From: Octopus vulgaris
Lineage: Eukaryota
DNA: 64,000 nt
Assembly (NCBI GenBank): GCA_951406725.2
Contig: OX597831.1
Span: 51,956,001 to 52,020,000, forward strand
Direction of reading: 5' to 3'
Shown: positions 14,598-30,100 of the stretch, one piece after another
How positions within the stretch are numbered: the first letter of the stretch is position 1
Layout of the letters: every line of letters starts with the position of its first letter
Notes under the pieces: generated by a model
Seen by the model: the letters and a program-made list of their open reading frames with translations, nothing else
Databases searched by the model: none
Told to the model about the DNA's origin: nothing
Made by a program: the position numbers and the translations under genes

Positions 14598-17500
14598 TAG
14601 ATAGATAGATATATAGATATAGACAAAACATGGAAAGAGAGAAAGTAGGGTAGAAATACAAAAATAAAATGGTAATCATATACTGGAGATGGAAATACAC
14701 CAGAGCGAGACAGATACTATGTTAAAAACACGTCGTCAAATCTACAAGGAAATTGTTAATTGTCTATTGACTTGTGTGTTCTGTTTCAGGTGTTATGTGT
14801 GATGAGAAATATGCATCAGATACAGAACTCACCTGTAGATCAGAGAGCATTCTCAATAAGCTTTTCAGTAGTTGTCTGTCCACAGCCTCACCAGCTCGTT
14901 CTCGTTCGATCAGCTGGAGTAGACCACTAACTGTCTTTGCCTGGACAACTTGGTGACTAATGATATGTGTCCTAAACAGATCCAAACCCATGTCCCTAAA
15001 AAGCAGAAAATTATACAAATGACTTTGTTTGAATTCACCTGTGTCACTGATAGAGATAATCATACCTACAACAGATATCTGGTCCAAATATTTTACCTGT
15101 TCTATGATAAAAGTGACCAGATCCAACCTCTCATACTTACCCTATAATGTCATTCTAAAAATATACAAACACATCGTTGAAATATTGAAGCTACAAGATA
15201 ATGCGTGATTAATTCAAAACAATGCAAAAAAATAAGCATTATATTTGATAAAGTCATCTGAATGCTAAATGGTTAAACTCAATTTCAACCTCAATTGTAT
15301 TTTCTGACATATAGACAATATTATATAACCACAAATGACAAGACATTGGAGGAAGGGTGTTGAATAACAAGATGGGCAGTATTCATAACATTCTGTTCAT
15401 CCTCCAAGACTAGTGAAGCAAAAAGGAGGAAGAAACCACATCTTGAATTGTTGTTGTTTAAGCCCAAAGTTATCCTTTATAGAGTAAGGCTAGCTGTGAG
15501 CAAAAGTGTTCTACCCATAACCAAAGAAAATCAAACATTTCCAACAGCACCAACTTTGCTCAATCATGAGGATTCAAAGGAGGGACTACATTACCAATGA
15601 AGAGGTTCTGCTCCAGTCTGGGCTACCTAGCATTGAAACCATGATGGCACACCACCACCTCCAATGGTCAGGGCACATCATATGTATGCCTCAAATGTGC
15701 CTCAACCATCAATTCCTCTTTGTGGAGTTTAGGCTTCAGGCACCAGACCACATAATGCCCCCAAATACTGTTTCCAAGACCAGCTAAAGGTCACTTACTC
15801 CCACTGCTCTATCGACCTAAATTACCCGAGAGACAATAACCAAGGACTGCCCAAAGTGGTGGCATGTTATTACTGAGGGAACAGACCTGATGGAAAATAA
15901 CAAATGTCAAGAAGCAGAGATCAGGTGTCAAAGATGCAAAGAGCAACTTGCATTTCCTCACCTGCCCCCATCAACTCTCCTGTGATAAACGCCCTCGGCT
16001 TTTCTATACCACCCTTGGCCTGAACAGCCACCTGAGACACCAGCACCCTTCACACCCATCAAAATGAAAAGGCTCGATCACTAGCTATAGATCTGCTACT
16101 TGGATAAGAGTTAATACCGATGATGATAGCTAAAACTATATCCTTTCTTTAGGGTAGCAAAGTGAAATTCAAGGAAGATTTATTAGTTATTTCTAGCAGA
16201 TCAAAAGGTAGAGGCTGTAGTAAGAAGTTCATCAAGATGTCAAGCTATCATCAGACCCAGAGACTTGGTCCATGTGTTCACAATAGAGCAGATTCCACTA
16301 CTTAAAGCAAGCTTCTTAACTACAGAGCCACACCTTTACACTATCTTTTTTCTCTCTTTTCAGTGTATATGAAATTGCATTATCCAATGTATCCAAACAC
16401 TACTTAAGATGTTAGGCAATGGTTTGAAAGAGATTTGACTGCTATTTCTAGAAAGTTAAGTAATTACCAAGAAGGTTCCTCAGTTGTTCTGTCACCATGC
16501 CCACCATTTTTAACAAGCATACAAGATCTGTAGCTATAATTACCTGACACTTAACCCTCTAGTATTCAAACTGGCCATATCAGGCCCAAATATTCTACCT
16601 GTTTTGTGTTTTAAATGACTAGATCAGGTCTTGCACACCTACCCTACAATGTCATCATCATCAAAATCTCAAAGCTACGAGATAATGTATGACAAATTCT
16701 AAACCAATGTAAATAAATAAACATTACATTTGACAGGGGAATCCGAATGCTAAAAGGTTAAATATTCATCTGATCAAACCTTGCTAGACTTAACTGCTCC
16801 ATACCCTCCCATTTTAATACCCATACAATATCTGTCATCAATGTGAGAACAAAAAGAAGTTCAATTTTTCAGATTTTCTTATTTAAGAAACTCATTGCTC
16901 TTAAGACAAAAAGCATGTAAAGAGGATAAAAAATCCCCACAAAAACTAACTCTTTCTTAAAAACTACAAACTGTTTAACCCTTTCATTACTAAAACCAGC
17001 TGCAGCCAGCAGAGAAATTTTCTGATTTATGTTACCAGCCTTGTTGAAAACAGACGAAATAACGTAAAAGTTAGAGTTGTTTTATGAAACCAGTGATTTG
17101 AAATATAGTAACAAAAGGGTTAACTCACCATATAGAAAGTACAGCGGAGTTTTGTAACACATAGGTTCGGTCTAAGAACAAGAAAATACTTCGGATCATG
17201 ATCTGAAAATAAAGAATATTAATAAATTCCAAATTCCATCCAAGATGAAAAATTGTGTGAAACTGTTAATAAAGAAAAGAAAAAAGAACCCAAGAGAGAA
17301 TATTCTTAAAAATTAGGTTTTAACAGACATACATTCAAACTGATCAAATATTGGTTTTAATCCTTATAAGATGATGAACTAATCTATCACTCTACTACGT
17401 TTTGTACAGAGCAGAAGATTTGGTCTTAAAGAATCCATAGGTCAGAAAAAAATATGCACTTGTACATTTGAACAGGTATATTAATCAAACTATACAGTAT

Positions 17501-17672
17501 TACAGATCCATTTCAGCCAATCTTAGCAATAAGTTTCACACTGAGCATTAAATAACTATTTATTAGATAACACACCAAGTATTAAATAACTGGATATTAA
17601 TCTGTTTATTTAATATCCATTGTGAAACTAACTGGTAAGATAGGGTGAAATGGATCTATAATGCATACTTTG

Positions 17673-17721
<49 letters not shown>

Positions 17722-18068
17722 TCTTGTTTCAGTCTTTACATTGTAGCCATGCTGGGGCACTGCCTCAAAGAATTGTAGTCAAACAAATTGGCCCTAGTTC
17801 TTTTTAAGCCAAACCACTACACTTTCTTTCATTTGTACATCTATTCAAATATGTGAATGTGTGATATATTTCCTTGTGTGTGGTATATATAAATACACAC
17901 ACAACTTTCTCTTACATGCAAAATAGTTTATTAAATGAGGAAAAATGCCTATTAACTGACACTGAACTTCCAGATTTATGACATTAAATAAAACGATCAT
18001 ATAGATGGAGATTAACCATTTAGCCTGCTAAGAACATATAATCTTGAATGCAAAAAAGATAAACTTAA

Positions 18069-18104
<36 letters not shown>

Positions 18105-21100
18105 TATGCCAAACATTTGATATGTCTTTTCTGGCAAGTCTTCTTACATGTTATATCATTTGTGGAGTAAGAAAGGCAGAAGTTTAGTGTTTCTCTTTGT
18201 CTACACTGTATCCAAGAAATATATAATTGTCTTGATTAAAAGGCTGAGTGACTACAGAATAAGTCCTGCTCACAGAGTGACAAATTCTAAGGTCCATTCA
18301 AAAGTTTATGTGGATTAAACTGATAATTTAAGCTGATTTAGTCAGCTCAACCATCATGGTTTGCTGAAAACTGAAGCTGCATTTTCTCAGTTCCTAATTC
18401 TAGATAACTTAGTGAAGGGACTGATCCATATAACACAACAGAATGTTCCTGATTAGGGTAGGGTTATATGCAGAGTGATAAGAGGTAGGAGATTTAAGTT
18501 AGAACTGCTTATGGTTTTCCTGAAAGTTTGAGTTATTTAACAACTAACAAAAAATAAAGGTTACAATTTTTGGAATCATTCACAACTTATTTTTAAGGTG
18601 GACTTTTTCTAGGTTTTGTTCACAAATTGTAATTAGAGTTTTATTCCTGGGTGTTTGTACAGTACCACATTGGATTAGGACAGGGATCCTTATTTCTTAA
18701 AAATGTTTATATTTAATGACCCTCTAATCCAGTTTATTGTTATGGAATAAAATATATGACGACTGAAAATCAAACTGATCAAAATATAGTGTAAATATCA
18801 ATGATTCAAACAGTTATGAATTCATTAAAAAAACACTTCAGATGTAAGTTAAAAAGAAAATATAAGACTCTACATTTCACAAGTTTACTTACCATCTGCC
18901 GACAATGGTCCTGCCAGCAATTGTTTATTGCCTTCAAGAACATTTCATAACCCATGGTTTTTGTAAGATAGTTAAGGAAAACATTACCACCATAATCATT
19001 CAGATACATTTTTTTTCTGAATGTAAAAATGTTTTACAATATAAAATTAGAGACATGTAACTAAATAAAAGTACATAAATCAATTTCTTCATCTGTCACA
19101 CTCACACGCAATGTATGCAAACAGAAATAAAGCAATTTGAGGGTGATTGTAAAGGTTGAGTCCTAGGAAATTGTGGGTCACCCTTCATAAGAAGCTTAAA
19201 TGAATTTTGGATACCATGATACCATTGCTCTAAACTGACATCAGTTCTAGACAAGTAGTTTGTTGTTCAGTTATGGACATTCCAAGATGCAATGGAAAAT
19301 GTTGCTGAAATTCTGAATGCACTTGTAACACTTGGTTGGCCAACATATGCAACTTCAAAGCATGCAATGAATTCATGGCATAAGTATTGCAGATGCAGGC
19401 ATGACTCTGTGGCTAGAAAGTTTGCCTCCCAACCACATGGTTTTGGGTTCAGTCCCACTGGACAAGTATCTTCTATTATGGCCATGGGCCAACCAAAGCC
19501 TTGAATGGATTTGGTAAAGAGAAACTGAAAGAAGCCGAGAGGGAGAGAGAGAGAGAGAGTGGTGCATGTGTGTGTGTGTCTCTCTCTCTCTCTCCTTGTT
19601 TTAATATAACATGATGGTTGTAAAGGAATGTCATTCATTTCTAATATTCTGCAAAAACATGTCTGACCATGGAGAAATATTATCATGGTTGGAAACAGGT
19701 AAGGGTTGGCAACAAAAAAGGACATCTGGCCAAAGAAAATCTGCCTCAAATAAACTCCATCCAAACCAAGCAACCATCAAAAAATGGATATTAAAAAAGA
19801 TGAATGATGATGATGATGTAACAGAATATTTTTTTGCTACTTTTTCCTGTAATAGTTACATACAGTACAGCAAATGTCCAGAGATCATCAATACCTGGGA
19901 CATTTGCTCAGGACACAAATACCCTTGTGTCAAGTTTGGGTGCAGGAATTGAGAAAGAAATTGGTCTTAGTTTCTTGTTAGTAGTATCTACTAGAGAGAC
20001 AACTAATGTATTTATAAAATATGCAATGGGTATATCTAATGCACCCCAATTAAAGCAGCACATGATCAGGAAAAACTAGTTTTAATGCATTAAAGCATGT
20101 AATATAGACCTGACTTTGCATAAAGGACCTGGGATTGATTTCTTTGGAGACATTTTATTAGAGAAAAAGTGCAGCTTATATGCTAACAAATATAGAACAT
20201 TGATTCAAACAGATCATATGACTGGATGAGTGAAAAAAAGAGAGCAACACAAACATAATTGAGTGTTAGGGTTAATTAAATTAAAAGTAGAAGATTGAAA
20301 ATTATCACACAAAAACGTTTCACAAACAAAGAAACACAAGAGAGACTTAAAGTGTACTGCAGATGCTGATATAGAAACATGGAAATTAAAAGGAAAACTT
20401 TTGTAAGAATAGTATTGTTTAGTCCTACATCAGACTTAATCACAGAGATCTTATCAACAAAGACACTCTGAGACCATCCTGTCATTTTCCAGAGAGTGTA
20501 TATACTTTTTGTAAACATTGCAGGTTGTGGTCAGGAAGATATTAGTGCTATTTCTAGCAGCAAATCAAGCAACTGTGTAAAGGCATTTTCATTTGTTGTT
20601 ATTGTTGCTGGTCCACTTAGGGGTATCTTAGACTTATCCAGTGTGACTTTTTTTTTTATTACTTCTTAATAAAAGAAAGAAAAAAAAGGAATAGCCACAC
20701 CAATGATTTTCAAAGGAGATTGGTGAGAGAAAGGCATTCTCAGACTGAAGATCTGGTCCAACTTCTTGAAAAGTCAACTCTGATAAAAACTCTGAAAGAC
20801 CAGCTAGTAGTATTAAATCAGATGGTGGCTTAAGAAAATAGTGGGATTTAATGAGGGCTATTTGGCTGTTATTTCTTGTAGGTTGAGCAATGATATAGAA
20901 GCACTTTTGTTTTGGTGGTTCTAAGGATAGACCATCTAAGTCATTTTAGTCAAGATCATAGTTAAGACCACATTGTCTTTCACTCCAAGCTATATTACTC
21001 AGTGTATTTTCTTTTATAAGACAATAGAGTGTGGATTGAGGGAGATATGCCTGGTATTTTTTCTAGCAGATTCAGAGATCTCCATGAAGGTTTCCACACT

Positions 21101-24100
21101 GGCTTGTTCTAAGGTTGAGTTATAAACATCTGAAGCTAGCTATACTATTTGTAATTAGAATGTGATAAATTATTATAGTTAACTTGGTTAGAAATTTAGT
21201 TTCAATGTCATTACATCCATTAGATACAGAAAAATCTTCCAACATGGATAAACATTTTGTTTAAGTAAAAAGGATTTGAGCAAGAGGAATTTTGTGACTT
21301 TCTTAGGAAGGAAAGGATCATTTATGACTTTTTTTCACATGGCCTATACATTGTGTAAGAAACTATCATACATAGATTAATGCTGTTGAAAGAGCACATT
21401 GAAACTTCATCAGATTAGAGATATAAGTTTAAATCCACAATTGTCAGTTCAAATAGTAAATTTCTATTGACTTGTCAACAATATTACACCAAAGGGAAAA
21501 AGAAAAGATACACTGTAATAGCCGATATAAACACAATTTTCCAGGTCTTGGCAGTTATCCTTTTCTCTTTCAATTTTACTCTAATTGCAACAAGCCAATA
21601 ATTTGTTATCAAAAGTTTAAATCAACCTTGACAAATCTGACCAAATACCAATGAGTTAAACACACATCACTAATAAAAAAAATAGATGTGGGGTGGAGAG
21701 AGCGTTTCATTTAGATATGTTGCACTGAATAGAGGACTATATTTTAGTTTTATCTTTTTTATCAATGTACTTTGTTTTTCGGATTTTTTAATAAATCCTT
21801 TGCCGTTTGCTTGGAACAGTACAGTTCTTAAATCTATCAACAGCATTTTTAGACCTTCATAACCTCATCTTCAAGTTGAAGTGATGGTAGAGGTGTTTTA
21901 TTGCCTTGTTATAGAAGGTAGGGAAAATGTAATACACACACACACGTATAAAAATGTCAGTAGGTTTATATCTTAATAGCCCCTGGATCCTCACTACCCA
22001 TTCCAAAGAAATGCTCTGACCTCTGTTGTTGCAGAAACTGAAGCCATGTCATCACAGATCAAAGACACCTATTCTTAGGCAGCCTAATATGTAGCCTGGA
22101 GTTTGGGAAGTCTTGATGGCATGCTAGTGCTACATAGTTATTAGGTAGCAATCTTATTACATAGCCAGATTACTTCAGTAATAGCTTTTCTTATAGAAAC
22201 ATTTTTATGGTATTTGTAACACCTATAGTATAAACAATAAACACTACATTTCAAAAAACTTTGAGTCTGTATGCATTTTAGATTTTAGGAACCCTTTTCC
22301 AAGAAATAGAATTGGTCCTGGATATATTGAGAGAATAAAGGCAATGTACATTCTAAGTCAGTGACTGATATCCTGCAAATTCCAAATTATGCTTCCAAAT
22401 GCTATAGAAGCTACTGAAACTTCTCTTCTCACATTTTCTAATCCAACTTGCACTATACTGCCAGGAATATCAAATCTAGCCATGTGTTCTTCTTCAGCAC
22501 CATCCTTACTAAGTGACAGGACACTATGTCTATGCCCTATTTTTTTTTACATGCTTCAGTGAACAGTTTAATGGACATTTTCAAGTTGTCAATGGACTTT
22601 TAGAGATGTGTTGCCAGGATATATAAAAAAAATCTTTGGAGCTAGCATCATTGAGTAGTTTACCCAAATCAATTTTTACATGAGAAATTCAATGAAGATA
22701 AGGAAAAGAATGCAAGTGTATAGACACAAATGTACATATCTGTGTGTGTGTGTGTGTACACAGACACACGTGCATGTCTGTATATATCTGCACATATTTA
22801 TATACACGTTATATTATGCTCATTTTCCATGCTAGCATGAGTTAAATAGGTCATCACAGACTGAGTCCCTTCCCAGTCAAAATTACTTGCCTTCCAAAAT
22901 GAGTTAGAAGACCAAATCTTACAGGAACATTACATTTTTGACGTGTTTTCTATGGCTGAATGCTGTTGCTATCAACAAAACCTTACAGAGTATTCTAGGT
23001 GCATTTTATTGTAGCACCAACAGTAAAGAGGTTGTCATGTTCTCAGCAACACTAAAGGGTTCTCATGGCCCTACATCATCTCCACTCTTTTGTCAACCAC
23101 TTTTACAAAGTGTATATACTAGGTGCATAGAGCATCATCATTAGTGGGGTTGCCTTGCACACTTTAAGACTGTAAGGTTCCAATATGTAGAAGTACTAAG
23201 TAGAGTCCTCACTGCTCTATGAGCCGTTTGTTAAAAGCATAGACTGAGGAGGTGAGTAGCAAAGCAATTGAAGATATGAGAGTCCAGATGAGTGGTTGGA
23301 GCGAGTGAGTATATGATGGTAAAAACAGTGATAGAGTCAAGAGGCGGAAAGTATGATAACAGAAAGAGTGAAAAGGTAGTAGGGAATGCCAACTTTAGTT
23401 ACACCAGTAGCATTATGTAGGAAATAGACATAGGGGGTACGAGAGGTAGGAGAGGCAGAAGATTCAGACTTTTCTATTGGGTTAGAGACCCAAAACGTAG
23501 CTGTCCCCTAGTTTCACGATCACTGCCAGTTTTTAATGATTTTACATTTTTCTTGTCTATATAACCATGTTTACAAAGAGAGGTGGGTTTACTTTAACAG
23601 TAAACACAAAATCTACCTTTTCTCTTAGCCAGGCAATGATTTCACTATTTATACACAATCACATACACACATATATAGATATCAATACACAAACACACAT
23701 GACAAGCTTCCATTTCCTGTCTATCAAATTTCATTTACAAGACACTGGTCAACTTGTTATTCAAATAGAAGATACCAGTCCATACACCAAAACAAATTCT
23801 CAGCTATGTAGTTCCAAAGCAAACTTCTTAATGACACAGCCATGCCTGCACCTACATTTCGACATATGCGTGTGGGTATATACATATGCTAGCATGGAAG
23901 GCGGACTTTAAACGATGATGATAAATGATATACACACGCACACACACACACAGTGCCACGTAAAAAGCACTCAGTCCACTCTGGAAGGTGGGTGGTGCTC
24001 AGAAGGACATCCAACTGTAAAAACCCTAGTGAAGCCTAGTTCAGTCTTCTGTTTAGCAAGCCCCTGTCAAACCATCCAACTTATGCCACCATTGAGAACG

Positions 24101-27100
24101 GATGGTTTAAATGATGATGATGATCACACACATACATACATATACACACAGACACGTGTGTGTAATGTATATCTCATTTGGCTTTGACAACATCATCTGG
24201 GTTGCTCATTCTATTCTAATTTGTTCACAGACTATTTCCAATGGTAAATCAGTCACTTTCAAATTGACAGTTACACATATTTTGTTTAGGTTTCTTTGAA
24301 AGACACACTTTGTCATCCATCTTGATCTGGAGCAAAGGTACAACCATGCCACATATCTGTATTTCAAGGTTTCAAGAAAGCTCATTATTGGTAATTCACA
24401 TTGTATTATCTTACATTTTCTTTTGATCTTTTGGTATTATTACAAAATCAGCCACATGTATAAAATGACTGAAACTTATCTCTGAGATGATTCCAATTCT
24501 AACAGTTATACATCATCAAGCATTCTCACATTCCACAAAATGAGAAATGTTGCCAGGATATTCTTAACATTCTGCCTAAGACTGAGGGTCACTGTTCAAC
24601 TGTACAGCCACTGAGACTAATAGGCTAAAAATGTACTTGGGTACTTGCTAAAAACTTCCCAAAAGAGAGAATGTTCAAAGTGGTCTCTATTATGAATCCT
24701 AATTTTTACTAACAACACCCTGCTAAAACATTCAGTTTCTTGACTTCAAACTGCTATGGACTGCCACTTCTAGATACTCAGACAACTGCTGATGCTCAGT
24801 ACTCATCTCTTTGTCTAAGTTTGGTCTGTCAGCCAAGATGAGGTTAGGAATTTCAAGACCCTTCTTGAAGACACTACAACAGACATGAATGAGACCAATG
24901 CAAGTTAGGTCCAACATAGAGCTAGATGCTAACCAGTATGACTGGTAAGCTACTAAATGGCTACATTTATAGGCAGTGTTAAGAGTGGAAATTTACATAC
25001 CCCAAAATCTACATGTAATCCCTACACTGTAAAATGAGTGCATAAGAAAAGCTTTTCACAGGACATATGAAACAATTGGTGTCAGGTCACTTGAGGGCTA
25101 CTGTTAACATGAAATGCAGTACAACCTGTTGTATGGTCAGGTCGTAGGTGACTAAACTGACACCTCCACTAGACTTGCTTGGTGAGTGGGGTTGCTAGAA
25201 ACCCAGCAGGACTAAAAGCAAGATCTGTCAAAAGGACGGATGAACCTAGCATAGGTTCAACGATTATCTAGCAATAGCATAAGGACTCAGAAATTCTGGG
25301 TTAGTGTCTGGTGTTCTAGGAGTGACAACTGGGATTGAGGCACTCCTTAGCTTTTGCTAAAGCATGTCTCTAGAACCCACTTCATCCCTAGGTAATGTTC
25401 ACTCTAATAATCAGCAGTGAGTCAGTCAGTAAATCCTCTGTGATGATTGACAATTAACAGCAAGATGAGCTGTTATGGATCACACTATCCCAAAGTATGT
25501 ATGCAAGTGACTGGAGGCTAAATGTGAACTTGTATTTTCACTGAAACTCCGAACATGAACTCTACATCTCAATGGTTACTACAGCCATGGCAGCCACACT
25601 ATTGAATGAAGTCAGCATCCATAAGGAACATGGTGAACTTGCTGGTCAAAGCTAGCTCAACTCAACTTGGGTGAATGCCACCACAAGTACAAATATTACT
25701 GAAGCAATAGGAAGAAAGAGACTAAAATGGTCCAGTCATATAAAGGTTACCTAATAATTGTTGGCATTCATCCAAGCCTACCCAAACACATGACCATGTG
25801 ACAGACCACCTAATGAATGGGTCTTTCAGATCCATGACAATATAGAGTTACCATATAAAACAATGGAAGTCAGAGGACCCATTTGAAGTGGGCGGTGATA
25901 GTCCAGCTAACAGGAGAGGATGAGTGTTTAGACAAGTTTAAGTGATTAACCCTTTCGCTACCAACCCGGCTAAAACCGGCTCTGGCTCTGAGTACAAATG
26001 TCTTGTTTTCCTAAGTTTTGAATTAAAATCTTCCACCAAACCTTAGTCACAATTTATGTTCCTAACACAAGCTGAATGATAACTAAGTTATTTTACTAAA
26101 TTCTTTGTTATAGTTAAAGTAATAGAAAGAGAGCATCTCAAAATAAATACAGTAACGAAAGGTTTAAGATATGCATGCGGGCGTATATTCACACACATAC
26201 ATCTGTAGAAACACAATGCCATCAATTGATATGCAATGTTATATATTTTCAGTATTGACTATAAATAACTGATCTCTTCACTTGAAGGCCTTGAACTTTA
26301 AAAGGACTTTTGCTATGTTGGAATTAACAATAAATGCACCAAGCTCTCTCTGTAACTATGGATGGTAATAAGTCATCAGTTAAAAAGGAAAAGAAAATTC
26401 AAATAACAACATTGTAACTGGAGTCATTCAAACGTGTTGAGTGGGCCAGCATAGGGTACACTGATATGTGTATTAGCAAAGAAAGCCTGAGGAAGGTTTC
26501 AAATATATCTAACTCATACTAGCATATTTTATACATGTCTCAGCACACTAATTTCAAGCAGACACATACACATGAGTGAGATAAATATAAAGCATGGTTA
26601 CTGCTAACTAAAAACACACACCCACATCACACTTTTGAGCTGAATATTAATATGAAGCTTCTAATGTGAGAGTTACTATGTTCTCCAAGTACAGCTGTTA
26701 TTGCATGGTTGAGTGGTTAAATGTTGAAAAGCAACTTAACCCAATTGCCAAATATGTGAAATCATCTGGACTAAGCAAGTCAACTATTAATGTTGCTAGC
26801 CAAGCAAGAAATATTGTTTTGTGTGATAGGAACTAAATACAGTGAGTCAGCTTGGCATTTATGCAACAAGAAAACTGCCTTATCATAAGGATTTAATGTG
26901 TGTGTGTAGATGTCTGTGTCCACATCCCTACTCCCAGTCCTTCCAGCCCAGAACCTTGGTCCTCTGAAATACCCTCCTGCGCAATTTGCAACTATTTACA
27001 AGGGACCTTAACCATGTCAAACTCACAGACATGTGAATGTCGTGGAGCTGGCTATTTCCTATAATTCCTCCAAACTAATAAAGAACAAAAAGTGTGTGTG

Positions 27101-30100
27101 CTCATGTACACAGAAGTCCACATACATAGTAAATCCACATCACAACAGCAATGAGGGGACCACTACAAGATCACACAAACTCCAAAAACAAGAAAAAAAT
27201 AGCAGTCAAATTTCTCTCAAACAATACTGCCTTAAAAAATATGACACACTGGATAATTTAGTCCAATGCATGAGGGGGAAAATACCCAAAAAACAAAAAA
27301 GACTAGACAACCATGGCTGAATTATAAAATTACTTGGTCAAAGCTAACAGCAGTTAAGCAACAACAAATGCAAGCAAGCACTTTTCAGTCAGAGAAGGAC
27401 GTCTCCATTCAGTGCTTCACATTTCACTGCACTCAGTTTCTCCCTTCAGTACATGTCCCATTTGCATTCACTATTACAGAGTAACCTATAATAAAACACA
27501 TTTATCAAATAGTCTAAAAAAAGAACAAAGATAGACAGACAGCACCAACATAAACAAACAAACAAACAATTTCGTGAATCAAAAAAAAAAAAAAAAGGAT
27601 ATCCTAAAAACTGTTGTAGATTAGATTGCACATGGCTTTCACAGACATGTTTTAACTGTTCATAAATTGTAGCAGACATTTTGTGAGAACACAAATTTTC
27701 AACTGCCTGATAAAGTTCTTCCAAACAGGATTTTATGGAGTGGCTGTTGTGGATGGCTTCGACAGCCTCTTTCAATTTCTGCCATGTGTCTTGCTGGTAA
27801 TTCTCCGGCAACTTGGGTTTATCTGAAAATACAAAGGACCGTATGTAGAATCACAAGTTTATTTCAAGTTTCACACTCATCGTCATAATTTAAAGATAAA
27901 CAAATGTAAATGTAAAGGAATGTTTTGTTTAAACTCAGATCAGCCTAAATATGAAAGTCTTAACATTAGAGGCATTCCAGTTGTAGCCATCCTATCTTAT
28001 ATTCAGACACTGTACCTCAAGCCACAGTATTCAATATGCTCTTCCTATTTTCAAGAGGATACAGTGCGATTTGAAGGAGATTTGGTTGCTATTTCTAGCA
28101 GGACAAGCTCTTGCATAAAATTTTTTTCAAGCAAGTGCTTGTCCTGCACTTCTACTGATTCAGAGAGCAAGGTTTTAGGTCGATATGTTTACTTCAACAA
28201 ATTGATTCTATTAAAAAGAACATATCCTCAATGTTCACATTGATGATTCATGCAAATTTGGGTTTTTGCATATGAATAGTTGGAGAACATTTCAAGAAAG
28301 TTTCTCTCTGTAACTAGATGCATGCAATCTCAGTTAATGACCAGCTGTACTGACTAGAGAAAGAAGTGGCATTTATTTTCAACAAACCTAAGTCAAGTAC
28401 TATGCAAAGCCTAAATATATAAATATGATAGCTGTTACAAGGCTTTAAATTATAACTGTAATTAAATCTGACACAATGCCATGTAGGCTTATTCCTAACA
28501 TACACAACAAGAATTTATAATAGTGGCAACTTCAACACAATTCCATGACACATTTTCAACTCTCATTTGTGTCATGTATTGTTTAAATCAATAAAAGCTA
28601 TGAACATCCAAATTTTCCATTTTCTCCCTCTCCAGGTCAATAGAGTTAATAACCCTGATTACAAATTATCCATCAGAAAATACCTACATTTAATGAATAT
28701 TCATTTCCTGTATAAGATAAATAGGGTCTTTTTTTCTGTTACTTTTGTTTTTTACTATAATCCTTTCAACTAGAAGCACAAGGCCTGAAACTTGGTGGGG
28801 ATGGGCTAATCGATTACATCGACTCCAGTGTTCAACTGATATTTATTTTATAGACCCCACCCCCATGAAAGGATGAAAGGAAAAAAAATAAAATAGTAAA
28901 TTAAGATGCAAATTCAAGGGAGATAATCACAGCAGGTTGTCTTATGTAAGAAAGGCATTGACTGAGTGACATTGAAACGTCACTAGTTAACAACGTGACA
29001 ATTAGTAATCATATTTGACTATCCTCAATATTGTACTGATTAATTGAATAAAATAATTTAACAGGCTGCATGCGCACACAGACGTGTGTATTTAACAGGT
29101 AGGTGTAACAACAACAACAGAGGTTCTGTGGTTCACATAAAAATCAAGGTCAAATCAATATGTCAAACTAGGATTAAATAAACAATCTAAAGAAAAAAAA
29201 AAAAAAAGGAAGATGGTGGGAAGTGTACAGTTTAAGAGCAAGTTGTCTTACTGTGAAATGTCTGTTCATATCTATTAGCTTAACAGCCTTGAATATAAAC
29301 CTGAGCAGCCTTGAGTGTGACCTCTGAAAATTTTAAGTATGAACCTTGGCAATCTTGACCGTAAGAATTGTCTGTCACAGAATTACAGTTAAGCTACATT
29401 AAACACTAAACTACATTTGTCTTACTCTCAAGAAAACTGGTAACAAAAGAAGTATTCAATCCTTAACCCTTTTGTTACCAACCCGGCTGAAACCGGCTCT
29501 GGCTCTGAGTACAAATGTCTTGTTTTCACAAGTTTTGAATTAAAATCTTCCACCAAACCTAAGTCACAATTTATGTTCCTAACACTAACTGAATGATAAC
29601 CAAGTTATTTTACTAAATTATATTTTATATTTAAAGTAATTCAAAGAAACACAGAGCATCTCAAAATAAATACAGTAACGAAAGGGTTAACACCAGTGCC
29701 ACCACAATTCCAAAGTTGACAAATTTCAATTTATGACCATGAATAAAATCATTGTATCATGGCCCTACAAACTCATTGCCTGCCTTTAAGAAATGTATCC
29801 AGCTCAAGGAATATCACAGCTACTGAATATTGTAGTAAACTTGAACATTTTATAAAATATTTTATCGTTTACTGTTTCAATCATTGGACTGTGACCATAC
29901 TGGGACCTCCTTGAAGGGTTTAGACTAGGGGTTCTCAACTGGGGTCCACGTAAGATTTTGTAGGGAGCACACAACAAAATAGAAAATTGGGGATCCACAA
30001 TAATATTTTAAGAGCCCTTGAAAAAATTTTGCTTTCAATGTATGTATTGGAATGTATTTCAAGAAACAGATAGGTTTCTTTCTGTAACATTTCATTTGGT

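Noticed and set aside
24300-25860. Possible hidden gene inside the U12 intron
   Set aside because: Higher-complexity sequence without a sustained ORF; looks like old LINE debris that I cannot classify.
27446-27602. ORF continuation YPFFFFF... after exon 2
   Set aside because: Read-through into the U12 intron; ATATCCTTT is the donor.
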